NCBI GenBank assembly: GCA_964016885.1
Contig: CAXHJY010000697.1
Location: 1 to 53,803, forward strand
Origin: Eledone cirrhosa
Taxonomy: Eukaryota
DNA: 53,803 bases
Reading direction: 5' to 3'
In this document: positions 14,195 to 29,364 of the stretch, in pieces
How positions within the stretch are numbered: the stretch's first letter is position 1
Layout of the letters: each line of letters opens with the position of its first letter
Program-made: the position numbers and the translations under genes
Notes under the pieces: model-generated
The model's database searches: none
Told to the model about the DNA's origin: nothing
The model's input: the letters and a program-made list of their open reading frames with translations, nothing else

Positions 14195-15220
14195 TGTGCG
14201 AATGAAGATTCTTGTTGTGTTAAGATATGTCAGTCTTATTGGATCTCTGAAAACCTGTTTTAAACAACAACAACAACAATGACAATGGTTTCTGATTTAG
14301 GCAAAAGGTCAGCAATTTCTGAGGGTGTGTGGGGAAAGTCGATTAAATCGACCCCATTGCGTGACTGGTACTTTATTTTATTGGATCTCTGAAAACCTGT
14401 TTTAAACAACAACAATGACAATGGTTTCTGATTTAGGCAAAAGGTCAGCAATTTCTGAGGGTGTGGGGGAAAGTCGATTAAATCGACCCCAGTGCGTGAC
14501 TGGTACTTTATTTTATTGGATCTCTGAAAACCTGTTTTAAACAACAACAATGACAATGGTTTCTGATTTAGGCAAAAGGTCAGCAATTTCTGAGGGTGTG
14601 GGGGAAAGTCGATTAAATCGACCCGAGTGCGTGACTGGTACTTTATTTTATGTGTGAGTGAAGATTCTTGTTGTTGTCAAGATATGACAATGGTTTCTGA
14701 TTTAGGCAAAAGGTCAGCAATTTCTGAGGGTGTGGGGGAAAGTCGATTAAATCGACCCCAGTGCGTGACTGGTACATTATTTTATGTGTGAGTGAAGATT
14801 CTTGTTGTGTTAAGATATGTCAGTCTTATTGGATCTCTGAAAACCTGTTTTAAACAACAACAACAACAACAATGACAATGGTTTCTGATTTAGGCAAAAG
14901 GTCAGCAATTTGTGAGGGTGTGTGGGGGAAAGTCGATTAAATCGACCCCAGTGCGTGACTGGTACTTTATTATATGTGTGAGTGAAGATTCTTGTTGTGT
15001 CAAGATATGACAATTGTTTCTGATTTAGGCAAAAGGTCAGCAATTTCTGAGGGTGTGGGGGAAAGTCGATTAAATCGACCCCAGTGCGTGACTGGTACTT
15101 TATTTTATCGACCCCTCCCCCGTAAGGATGAAAGGCAAGTTTAACCTCGGCGGCAGTTGAACTCTGTGGCGCAAAGCAGGTTATTTTGACGCTCTACTTA
15201 TCCTGCCAATCCACGGCCTT
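14195..15220 (-). repeat. SINE-tail-derived tandem repeat (six copies) attached to one SINE
   Basis: gacaat(g/t)gtttctgatttaggcaaaaggtcagc recurs at ~14281, 14417, 14552, 14687, 14874, 15009. Confidence 0.85.
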
Positions 15221-15267
15221 TATATACTACTACTACTACTACTACTACTACTAATAATAATAATAAT

Positions 15268-15580
15268 AATTGTTTCTACTTTTGGCACAAGGCCAGCAAA
15301 ATACCCAGTACATTACTGGTACCTTATTTTATCGACCCCCGTAAGGATGAAAGGCAAAGTTAACCTCGGCGGGATTTGAACTCAGATCTTAAAGGGACGT
15401 AACTATGCTGGAAAGTATGGCGTCCGACCCTCTACTGATACTGCCAAATGTTCCTGCTTTTGGCACAAGGCCAGCAATTACTCCAGTGTATTACTGGTAC
15501 TTTATTTTATTGACTCCGCAAGGATGAAAGGCAAAGTTAACCTCAGTGGATTTGAACTCAGAACGTAAAGGGCTGTAACT
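15268..15580 (-). mobile_element. Two adjacent SINE copies
   Basis: Same family motifs. Confidence 0.82.
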
Positions 15581-16113
15581 CTATGATAATAATAATAATA
15601 ATAATAGTTTTATCATGTGGCTATATAAGTGGTGTTGGTGGTAGTGGTGATGATGGCGATGTTGATGACGATGATGATAATGGCGGTGAATATGGCGATG
15701 AGTGCGATCGATGTTGATGATGATGATGATGATGATGATGACGGTGAATATAATGATGTTGATGATGATGGTTTTGACACCACTTAAAGGTGTTGTGTAA
15801 ACACTCTTGAAAAACATTGAAAAACACCTTAGTCATAGTAATCTCCTTGTGTACTATCAAAGAAAAACACGTTTGATTTCTAAGTTGTTATTACACTGAA
15901 GTATATGTCTACAAGATGGGAGCATGAGAATGCCAGTACAACAGTGCATTAGAATGTCGGTACATCAGAACGACGGTTTCATTAATGTTGTTGGAATATC
16001 AGATCTAACAACATAAATATACAGGCAGACATGTCTCTCCCGAACAAATCTCGATTCCTCCTTGTTTACTCAATTTTGACTCCTCAGTAAGATTTCTGCA
16101 GTTACTACTGGAA

Positions 16114-16180
<67 letters not shown>

Positions 16181-16345
16181 GGATACTATTTATAGTTATG
16201 TATATGTATATATTATACTATATACAACTATAAACAGGTAAAGTCAGTAATTTATTACTACCTTATTACCAGTAAGATAAATAGTTCAATGTAATAACAA
16301 CAATATATATACACACACACATTTATATATTTATATATATATATA

Positions 16346-16549
16346 TAGGAATTAGTAGGACCCCGACGGCTGAGCTCAAGTCGTTTCGATGGCTAATTCT
16401 GGACTAAAATTTAGTCCAGAATTAGCCGTCGAAACGGCTTGAGCTCAGTCGTCGGGGTCCTACTCGTTCCTATTACCCACTCTACTACCCTAAGTATTGA
16501 GTACTTTGGTGCGTTATGGTCCACCTGGTTCCTTACCACATTTCCTTCG

Positions 16550-16552
<3 letters not shown>
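16346..16552. mobile_element. Family E element with hairpin
   Basis: ...ggctaattctggactaaaattttagtccagaattagccg... centre; same unique tail as the 1659 copy in reverse orientation. Confidence 0.75.
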
Positions 16553-16618
<66 letters not shown>

Positions 16619-17419
16619 GTTTAAACCCATGTAATTCTAAACACACTTCTTTGTGTGTTTATATATATATAATTAAAAGTGTTCAACCGAAAATTGACTG
16701 CAAAGATAGTCTAATACTAGGGCATATGAATCCCCATATTTTTACGTTTTAGGGTGTTCCTGTTGGTAGCAAATAACCCTATAGATCCATGTCTTCTGTT
16801 AAGGATAGAAAGCTCTCAAGTGTCGAGTCTCCTCACACAAACACAACGAGGCTGTCTGCCCTCAACTATATCATGCCGCCCCACTCCACCCGGAAGGTAT
16901 ATAATGCCGCCCCACTCCGCCCGGAAGGTAAACGATGTCCGCCATCTTGTGGACGTCATCTAGTTTGATGTAGCATCTCTATACTGATCTAAGTCGAGTT
17001 TTTCAACGGGTTTCTTTCATCTCCAGGTGTGTGTTGTTACCTTCTCGGAAGATGCAGGTGAATAGCCACCAGATATTCACCCCCGGTGGCGGCGGCGGCG
17101 TTCATGTTAGTGATTATATGTCGCAAAGTGTGATTGACTGAAGCATAGCGATGCTCCATCATGACCGCAGTCTAATAATGGAAACAGTAAAAGAGAGACC
17201 ATAATAATAATGGTTCCTTATATAGGCACAAGGCCAGCAATTGGGGGTAAGGGGGGGGGGTCGATTAAATCAACTCCAGTGCATTACAGGTACTTTATTT
17301 TATCGATCTCGTAAAGATGAAAGGCAAAATAACCTCGGCCGGATTTGAACTCTGTGCCGCACAACATGTCTTGTCGGACGCGCTACTGATCCCGCCAATC
17401 CACTGCCTTTATATACATA

Positions 17420-18451
17420 ATAATAATAATAATAATGATTTCATTTATTAGCCACAAGGGCCGACATGTAGGGGACAATACAAAGACAAGGACAGTGGGG
17501 TTTACAATAAGGTCGAGTAAAAGTGCACAATGGCAAGACTAATTTAACAATGAAAATATAAAAATATAAAATAAACTATGCATAAATATAACAAAATAAA
17601 TTCCTCGATAGGGGGTGGACGACCCTGGGGTGATTCGGGTACCCCCACCAATCCTGAACCACCCTGCGCTTCTAGGGCACCCAGGGAGAGCACCCCTCTC
17701 CTCAAGTTAGCCAGCCTATAGGCGCATGGTCAGAGTAGGCCCATTCACACGAGCCATTCTCGCCACATTCACCCACCTTTTAGCAAATGTACTTGGGGGG
17801 GGGGGGGAGCACTTCTCTCTCCACCCTCACCTTCCTTTCCAGGTGAAACTTGAAGAAGTTGATGAGGGATTGGCCGAAGAGAAAAGTGTCTGTCTTTAGT
17901 CCTTTCAACCTGGTCCACCATATAATCTCTTTCGCAACTGCCACCAGGCAGAGGAAAATTTCCTGCTCTTCCTGACCTAAGGAAGGCGGTGGATCGATCT
18001 TCACTATGGACTCGGCCGATAGCTGGATTCGTTCTACACGCGACAGTAGCTGTTCGACATAACTCCAAAAGTCAGTAATGCACGGACATTGGACAAGTGC
18101 GTGCAGAACGGTTTTGTCGTTCTGTGCGCATCTTGGGCAGGTCCGTCTGACAGCACTTCCGTGCCTGTAGAGTTTATCCCGAACCGGCAGTGCCCCCCCC
18201 GGTAGCACTGCCAAGCGAAGCATTTCTGGAAATTGTCCATCGTCCCCGGCTCAAAAGTCCTCCGGTACAGACTGGTCAGTTCGACTTCGTCGAGGCCCAA
18301 AGCTTCTCCGAGTGTGTCATCGCACTTGCCCACCACTAATCCTCTATAGAACTCGAGAGTGGAAGTTCCACAGATCGCATTGCCCGCTTGGTAGAGGGCA
18401 GTGAGTGCCTGGCAACATTCCAGGTGCCAGTAACCCAGTCTCGGTCTCTTC
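17420..18451 (-). mobile_element. Tx1/L1-like LINE 3' fragment
   Basis: LPVRDKL...CPRCAQNDKTVLHALVQC (zf-RVT CCHC finger), frameshifted; AATAAA and (TTA)n tail near 17410-17450. Confidence 0.78.
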
Positions 18452-18466
18452 TTGACCCAGGACTGC

Positions 18467-18810
18467 AATAATAATAATAATAAAGAGGAGAGGGAACAAA
18501 TTAACCGATACCAGGACTTAAAGTGGGAGGTAAAAAGGATTTGGAACTGCCATGAAGTCAAAGTGGTCCTGATTGTCATAGGAGCACTAGGTACTATCTC
18601 AAAAAGTTTCCAGGGATGGTTAAAGAAAATTGGCCCCGCCCCGCTTTTTGGAACACTTCAAAAGGCATGCTTGCTGGGAACAGCAACAACCCTCCGATAC
18701 GTCCTGAATATCTGAGGCTGCAGGTAGTGGCTTGATATTCATTTCAACAAACTTTCCAGTTAACTAACATCAATGACTGAGACTCAAAGAACAATAACAA
18801 CAATAATATA
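18467..18810 (+). mobile_element. R4/Dong-like (RLE-type) LINE 3' end
   Basis: RYQDLKWEVKRIW...VVLIVIGALGTI...LQKACLLGTATTLRYVL*, characteristic C-terminus of restriction-like-endonuclease LINEs; flanked by (AAT)n/(AAC)n. Confidence 0.8.
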
Positions 18811-19147
18811 AATACAAAATGTCGATGTTTTTAAGTGTAATTTCTAGAGAAGTGAATTCTTAACGAAGTGGTGTAAAATTAATTATATATTTCAGTGAAG
18901 GGAGAAACAGTTAATAATCGAGAATGTTCTTTTGGAATATCCTCAGAGGGACTGCTACAACATTTGGAAGGATTATTAGCAAATTAATTTAAACTCATAT
19001 TTATTAGCTAAATGAAAAAATAGGTAAAATAAAATAAACGCAACATATGTTTCTATTTAAAAATCTGGCGAAGATAAAGTAATATTATAAAATATGTTTT
19101 TGTTGTTTTGAAATCTAATTTTTATTTAAGGAAGCCATTTCCGGTTT

Positions 19148-19530
19148 AATTGTATCTACTTTTTGGCACAAGGCCAGCAATTATCCCAGTACATTACTGG
19201 TACTTTATTTTATCGACCCCGTAAGGATGAAAGGCAAAGTTAACCTCGGCGGGAATTGAACTCAGATCGTAAAGGGACGTAACTATGCTGGAAAGCATAA
19301 TCCAACCCTCCACCGATACTGCCAATTCACCGCCATTTCCGGTTTAATAATAACGATTTCTAACTCAGGATACAAGATCTGCAATTTATGGGGAAAGAAA
19401 AGTCGATTCTATGAACCCCAGTATTTGACTGGGATGAAAGGCAACGTTGATCTCAGCGAGACTTGAACTTAGAAAGTCGTAACTAAATATTTTAAGCATT
19501 TTGACTGGTGCTCCACCGATTTTGTGAATT
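19148..19530 (-). mobile_element. One young and one diverged SINE copy
   Basis: Family motifs; the first copy is flanked by gccatttccggtttaat (19134-19150 and 19332-19348), a probable TSD. Confidence 0.8.
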
Positions 19531-20024
19531 CAGAATTTCATTTATTTTCCACAAGGAGAGAGAAAGGAGCATAGCAAATGTATGGTACTTGCTACGAACT
19601 CATCGCAAATGCCCGGTGGCAACTGAAATGTATATCTGTATGTGTGTATGCATGTATGTATGTATGTATGTGTGTTAAGCATTTCCGTAGAAAAGGTGAA
19701 GGAAAAGAGAGTGCTCTATGTATTGTACAGAGCTACTTAATTACATAATAAACAACACAATATAATGATTTCATTAGCGAAGGTTTCAAGAAACTAGATG
19801 CTTCTTTCAAGGAGCATCCAGTTTGTCAGGCAAAATAATTGTGTGCTGGATATAAATTTTGAAAGTGAGGCCGAGTTAAGAAAGGAATATCTTATAACGG
19901 GTAACGGAAAAAAAAAAAATATATATATAAAAACACACACACACACAGTATATGTAAGTATATGTTTCAGAAGATCCTGTTAAGGCTGAAAGCAGCGATT
20001 CTTTGCTTAAAATTTAATCTGTTA

Positions 20025-20061
<37 letters not shown>

Positions 20062-20272
20062 CTTTTCTGAATTTGTTTAGCAAGATTCTTTATCTGAAAA
20101 CGTGTTGAAACCGATATTGTTATACTTTGGGAGGGTCATGTTGCCAATAACAGACACACGCACCAGTTGTTTCACTCCAATTTATTATAAATTAAAAAAA
20201 AAAATCTTTTTTTTAAAATATATGAACAACCGTCCGGTTGTGGAACCAACCAACCAACCGGAAATTTATAAA

Positions 20273-20307
<35 letters not shown>

Positions 20308-20439
20308 CTGTATATATATATACATATATTATTTGTATTATATATATTATATATATGGTGGGGCTGAAAAAGTAAGTATACACTAAGGATTATACCAGTA
20401 ATGAATACATTTTGGGCGTAGGTTTTCTTTTTCATTACA

Positions 20440-20483
<44 letters not shown>

Positions 20484-20603
20484 TAAAAATGGAAGGCCTA
20501 TTGAAGTGTGAGGTACGTTTCGCGATTGATCAGCTCAAGGCTCGATCTGTATCGATCTGGCCTGTCTCTGGAATCAAAAGCTGCAACTGAACGTTATAAT
20601 CCT

Positions 20604-20648
<45 letters not shown>

Positions 20649-20658
20649 AAATATATAT

Positions 20659-20715
<57 letters not shown>

Positions 20716-20802
20716 AATATATATATATAAATAAATATATATATATAAATATATATATAAATATATATATAAATATATATATAAATATATATATATATAT
20801 AA

Positions 20803-20859
<57 letters not shown>

Positions 20860-20876
20860 TATATATATATTTAAAT

Positions 20877-20977
<101 letters not shown>

Positions 20978-20994
20978 AATATATATATAAATAT

Positions 20995-21031
<37 letters not shown>

Positions 21032-21036
21032 AAAAT

Positions 21037-21120
<84 letters not shown>

Positions 21121-21790
21121 CTAGGAGTGAAAAATAACACGGATAACCTATACAGTAGAGTTTATTCCAGGTATTAACAAATGTTTCATTGGTCAGGTGT
21201 GTCTAAAAATGACAATCGATTTTAACTGTGTGTATGTATGTGTGTGTGTGTATGTGTGTAAACATAGATTAACTTGTACAAAATCTGCATTGGGTAGAAT
21301 CCAAGCAAAGTTACCTAACGCACAGGAGCTGTAGTGGGATCTAGTCCCTAACTGCTGATTCTGGAATGAAGAATCAACTGTTTTAATAAATTAAGTCAAG
21401 CAATATTGTAAGAGCTTCCCCTCATCAGAGTGTTTCTTTCGAAGTGTACAACGATTAGTAAATGGAGTTTATCCTTACGAGAGTAGCGTGCGAAGCGCTG
21501 TTTCCTTGACTTTGGTAGTGATCTCCCAGACTTAATATATGTTAATATAGCTACCTACCTAGCTATGTGTGGTTACACACTTGTAACAATTATCTCCTGT
21601 GATTATTCATGTTTATATATATGTTAATCAATTTCTAGTTATTATGTTAATATATGTTAAGTTATGTTATTGTGTCACTGATTCAAATATATTTTAGCTA
21701 TTTTTTTCCTTAAGATGTTCACTATATTAGTGATACATGAACCTTCTGTTTCATTTTTTTTATATGTACAAATGTATACACAGACATACG

Positions 21791-21829
<39 letters not shown>

Positions 21830-22603
21830 GCAGAGGTTATATTTAATTTGTTGCTTTTATGAATATAGTTTATCGGTCAAGGTGATCAAGGTGATATATA
21901 TATATATAATTGTTGCTACTTTTGGCACAAGGCCAGCAATTATTCCAGTGTATTACTGGTACTTTATTTTATCGACCCTGTAAGGATGAAAAGGCAAAGT
22001 TAACCTCGGCTTTGCCTGTGTGTGTATATATACGTGTGTGTGTGTATGTACGTGTTTATGTGTGCGAACGTACGTGTTTGTGTGTGCGAACGTATGTGTG
22101 TGTGTGCGAACGTACGTGTGTGTATGTTTGTGTGTGCGAACGTACGTGTGTGTATGTTTGTGTGTGCTAATGTGCATGTGTGTATGTTTGTGATTATGTG
22201 TGTGAATGTACGTGTATGTGTGCTAACGTGCATGTGTGTATGTTTGTGATTATGTGTGTGAATGTACGTGTATGTGTGCTAACGTACATGTGTGTGCTAA
22301 CGTACGTATGTGTGTATGTATGTGTGTGCTAACGTATGTATGTGTGTATGTATGTGTGTGCTAACGTATGTATGTATGTATGTATGTATGTATGTATGTA
22401 TGTATGTATGTATGTATGTATGTATGTATGTATGTATGTATGTATGTGTGTGCTAACGTACGTATGTGTGTATGTATGTGTGTTTGCCAACGTACATATG
22501 TGTACGCAATATCGTCTAAATTTATCCAAATTAGGTATTTTCATTGCATGTTGCTAAAAGAAACAAAAATTAATTAGAACTCCATCTATGTTTGTCTGTA
22601 TGA

Positions 22604-22726
<123 letters not shown>

Positions 22727-24177
22727 TATGTATATATGTATGTATATATGTATGTATATACGTATGGATGTATGTATATATATGTATATGTATATATGCA
22801 TATATATAAATATATATATGCATATATAAATATATATATGCATATATAAATATATATAAATATATATAAATATATACGTATATATAAATATATATCTATA
22901 TATAAATATATATCTATATATAAATATATATATGTATATATAAATATATACATATATAAATATATATATGTATATATAAATATATACATATATAAATATA
23001 TATATGTATATATAAATATATACGTATATAAATATATATATGTATATATAAATATATACGTATATATAAATATATATGTATATATAAATATATACATATA
23101 TATAAATATATACATATATATAAATATATACATATATATAAATATATACATATATATAAATATATACATATATATTTATACATATATATACATATATATA
23201 TATACATATATATATATGTATATATAAATATATATGTATATATATATATATAAATATATATATAAATATATATATGTATATATGTATATATAAATATATA
23301 TATATATATATATACATACATACACTCGAATCCTTTGTTAATGCTGAAAAGAACGTTAATATAATTTTCCCATCTTTTGGAATGAAGAAATAGAGAGAGA
23401 GAGAGGGGGGGGAGGGGACTGGAAGATAGAGAGAAGAAGAGAGGGAGAATATAATACATAGAACACTAGAGAATAACGAAAGTATTTGGGTAACAATTAA
23501 ATTAAAAGAGAAAATAAATACTGCTTGTAATATTAATAATATAAGCAGCGTATGTTAGCGGGAAGGCGTAATGTAACCGGTGAAAATCTAAACAATAAAT
23601 GTAAAACATGTGATAATATGAATAAAAGGAATATTAAATTAGTGAAATGAAATTCTTGCATATGGCTAATGAGGTTTCATTGTTTGAAATTGTTTTAAAC
23701 ACAACAAATACTACAAACTTGTGCGTGACAGCCAAGTATTTTATGACTCATTAAGAATATGTATTATTTTTCATTTTAATTGACTCTTTTAGAAATGACC
23801 AATAGGCATATATGTGGAGCTGGTGGGAGAATAAAATAAGCTGAATCGCCAAAGAATAGGGCTTTCTTCCACCTACAAATGGCTGCATATAATAGAACAT
23901 TTTGATTTTCATTCAATTCATTGCTTTCCCAATGCAAATGCTATCTGCCTTTATTGTTATTTTTCGTTTTTTTTAAATTATATTTTTATCAATAATTCTC
24001 AATATAAAAGCCTTTCTTTTGTGTCTACGGTTTTCTTGTCGTTCCATTACAAAACCTTCTTTCTGTAGACTTGTTAGTTTGAAAGTCCATGTGGTATACA
24101 TACAGCATTTGTCCAGCACTAAATTATTTATAAATACCAGTATGCAATGTTCAGTCCTTAATCACACACACATTTTC

Positions 24178-24197
24178 TAAGTAAGTAACTAAGTAAC

Positions 24198-24232
<35 letters not shown>

Positions 24233-24277
24233 CTAAGGAAGTAAGTAAGTAAGTAAGTAGGTAAGTAACTAAGTAAC

Positions 24278-24308
<31 letters not shown>

Positions 24309-24561
24309 CTAAGTAAGTAACTAAGTAAGTAACTAAGTAAGTAACTAAGTAAGTAACTAACTAAGTAACTAACTAAGTAACTAACTAACTAACTAAGTAA
24401 GTAACTAAGTAAGTAAGTAGGTAAGTAACTAAGTAAGTAAGTAGGTAAGTAACTAAGTAAGTAAGTAGGTAAGTAACTAAGTAAGTAGGTAACTAACAAA
24501 CTAACTAACTAACTAAGTAAGTAAGTAAGTAACTAAGTAACTAAGTAAGTAACTAAGTAAC

Positions 24562-24592
<31 letters not shown>

Positions 24593-24594
24593 CT
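24178..24594. repeat. (TAAG/TAAC)n tetranucleotide repeat
   Basis: Direct reading. Confidence 0.95.
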
Positions 24595-24907
24595 ACATAG
24601 GTACATGTGTATGTATATGTGCTGGGACATAGAAATAGTCGGGCTGGACATCCTATCGCGCGGTTAAACCACTGGGAGTGACGGACCACTAACCTTTGTC
24701 AGGGCATTCTTCTAGGAGAAGGCAACTCAGGAAACTGGGATAACTCCGATATAAAACCTGCGGCTCAGTAGTTACCGATGATGTTGATCTTTTCTTCTAT
24801 TCGGGTTATAGCTACTGGCGCTGAGAGAGTGGGATTGGCTCAGTGCACAGTCTTTCCTCACTTTAAAAAATATCTTCACGTACAAGCATTGCACGATAGA
24901 ATTAATT

Positions 24908-25085
24908 AATTGTTTCTACTTTAGGCACAAGGCCAGCAATTACCCAGTGCATTACTGGTACTTTATTTTATCGACCCCGTAAGGATGAAAGGCAAAGTCA
25001 ACCTCAGCGGGATTTGAATTCAGATCGTAAAGGGACGTAACTATGCTGGAAAGCATGGCGTCCGACCCTCTACCGATACTGCCAA
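24908..25085 (-). mobile_element. SINE copy
   Basis: Near-identical to the reverse complement of 11099-11281. Confidence 0.88.
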
Positions 25086-25290
25086 ATAATTATTAATAAT
25101 GGTATATCGTGCAATGGCCATACTCGATAACGAGGGGGCAGCCATCATATATATATATATATATGTATGTGTCTGTGTGTGTGTGTGTTTTGCAATACAT
25201 ATTGGTCTAGTGATTGATATAAGTTATTCCGGGTTTAATCGGGGGTAACCACAGTAAGTAAGGTACTCAATACATGGCAGAGTATAAATG

Positions 25291-25416
25291 TTTTAATATA
25301 GAAAAGCTTCTACATGACTAGAACTGTTTCATTCGTGAGAAATCATCAGGAAGCATCCTGATGATTTCTGATGAATGAAACAGTTCTAGTCCTGTAGATG
25401 TTTTTCTATATTAAAA
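25291..25416. repeat. Palindrome with divergent hammerhead-like cores (family H)
   Basis: Arms mirror about 25353; each reads CTGATGA-tttc....gaat-GAAA-cagttcta-GTC; the 5' strand of stem I appears lost at the inversion. Confidence 0.6.
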
Positions 25417-25723
25417 TATATCTATATATATAAGAGAGTGTGTGTATGTGAAGGCTTATGCGTGTGAGTGTGTGCTTATATGTATATGTGTATGTATGCT
25501 TATATGTATTTGTGTGTGTGTGTGCTTTTATATATATATATGTGTGTGTCTGTGCTTTTTGCATGTATGTTCATTCGTATTTCTCTTGGAACTATATAAC
25601 ATATACAACATATGTGTAGTGGAGGCAGTTGTTAAATTCATATGAAGCAGTTTTGGAAACTACATACATATATTATGAATCAACGATATTAATAAATGGA
25701 AACTATATTTATAAAACCATATT

Positions 25724-25784
25724 TATTCTATTATATATATTTCAAGGGCACCAAAACTTTGGTACGCCCTCATCAGATAAAATA
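25724..25784 (-). ncRNA. Minimal hammerhead motif, family A
   Basis: Minus strand: TATTTTAT-CTGATGA-gggcgtacca aagttt tggtgccctt-GAAA-TATATA-TA-ATAGAATA. Confidence 0.68.
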
Positions 25785-26142
25785 CAAAGTTTGTTTTATA
25801 AATATTGACATATCCAGGAACGAGACCTTAACGGTTCAAGTTTTGGTACCCTTGGATTACCAACAAATTAAATATCCCTTTACATAGTTTTGAAGCAAAA
25901 TATATAAATAAAATATAAATTAACACTTTAACAACAACAACAACAACACGTAAGACGGTTATAACAACAACAACAACATCTAAGATAAACATAACTAAAA
26001 CAATGTAAACAGCATTCACAAAAACAATAGTATGAAGGCGACCACGACAACAATAATAACAATATCACCAACAACAGCAATATCAACAGCAATCTACTAA
26101 TATAACAGCTGTGTGTATTTTTCGGTAACGCGGTAGATTACT

Positions 26143-26262
26143 GAGGAAGGAGGGGTGGTGACGTCGACTGGGGAAGGAGGGGGTGGTGACGTCGATTGGG
26201 GAAGGAAGGAAGGGATAGTGACGTCGACTGGGGAAGGAAGGGGTGGTGACGTCGACTGAGGA
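26143..26262. repeat. Four ~28-32-bp G-rich repeats each containing TGACGTCG
   Basis: TGACGTCG at 26159, 26187, 26219, 26247. Confidence 0.85.
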
Positions 26263-26372
26263 TGGAGGAGTGAGCGCGAAGGAACCAACACACCAACCAA
26301 CAAATATCTCTTTTTATATTATGTATAGATATTACAATTAGCCGCCATTTTTAACGGCATGGGGGTGAGCTA

Positions 26373-26430
<58 letters not shown>

Positions 26431-27236
26431 ATCAACCACAACACCAGGAAACACTACAGGAACAACAATACCTACAACAACAACAACAACCTCAATAACA
26501 CCAACCACAACAGTAACAACAACAACAACAACTACTACTACAACATCAACCACAACAGTAACAACAACAACAACAACTACTATTACAGCATCAATAACAA
26601 CAACAACAACAACAACCACAACCACTACAATAACAACAACTACAACTACAACAACATCAACAACAACAACAACCACTACAACAACAACAACCACAACAAT
26701 AACAACAGCAACAACTACAGCAACAAACGATATCAAAAGTAAATTTCCAAAGACATAAATGATTGAATTAAACTGTATTGAAAAACCCCCCACCAAAATC
26801 CAATCCCCGTAATTGTTCAGTGACCCCACACCGAAGGACATGAAAGAATTAAGGGCCTCAAGAGATTGTATAAGGGTTGTATTATATTGAAAGAGGAATC
26901 CCTAGCAAAGTCGTCCCAGGATATATCGCCAATAAGATCGTTTCAAACACATCTCCAGTGACATCTGTATGACTTCTTCAATTATAATTTCTTAAATATC
27001 ATCGCCGCCATCGTCGTCGTCGTCATCGTCATCATCATCATCATCATCATCACCATCACCAGCATCATCATCATCACTAGCATCATCCTCGCATCATCAT
27101 CATCATCGTCGTCGTCAACATCGCCATCGTCGTCGTCATCAGCATCTACATCATCATCATCATTAGTAGTATTTCTTTTTTCTTTTGTACCTTCTACTAT
27201 ATATAGTGATTATTGTATGTGATTATATATATGGCG

Positions 27237-28728
<1,492 letters not shown>

Positions 28729-28763
28729 ATATAAGATCAAAAGATGGTTAAAAGAGTTCCATG

Positions 28764-28834
28764 TATTTTATTATGCGCATTTCAACAACAAATATCATCA
28801 TGAGATGACATTTGCGTTTTCGTCAGATAAAATA
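28764..28834 (-). ncRNA. Minimal hammerhead motif, family B (inverted arm)
   Basis: Near-exact reverse complement of 28906-28976. Confidence 0.75.
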
Positions 28835-28905
28835 GGGATACATGATATGTTGATTTAAAACTTCACTATTCACAAGTGTTTTTTAACCTTCATATCATGT
28901 ATCTC

Positions 28906-28976
28906 TATTTTATCTGACGAAAACGCAAATGTCATCTCATGATGATATTTGTTTTTGAAATGCGCATAATAAAATA
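28906..28976 (+). ncRNA. Minimal hammerhead motif, family B
   Basis: TATTTTAT-CTGACGA-aaacgCAAATGTCATC tcat GATGATATTTG tttt-t-GAAA-TGCGCA-TA-ATAAAATA; palindromic UGCGCA stem III. Confidence 0.8.
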
Positions 28977-29317
28977 CATGGAACTCTTTTAACCATCTTT
29001 TGATCTTATATTATTTATACTGCAGTCCTACAAACTGTAGAGTGCTACTTATCCGATATCTGCATTGCTTTATTGTACTGCAATAAAACTCACCTCCTAC
29101 ATTATATATATACGCACACATACACTGTATATATGTCGATATATATATAAATATATATATATATGTGTGTGTGTGTATACATATATGGTGTTTGTGTATA
29201 TATATATTTATGTGTATATACATGTGTGTATGTGTATATATATATATGTATATGTGTGTATATCAATATATCTTTATCTATCTATATATATATATGTGTG
29301 TGTATATACGTAATCTG

Positions 29318-29364
<47 letters not shown>

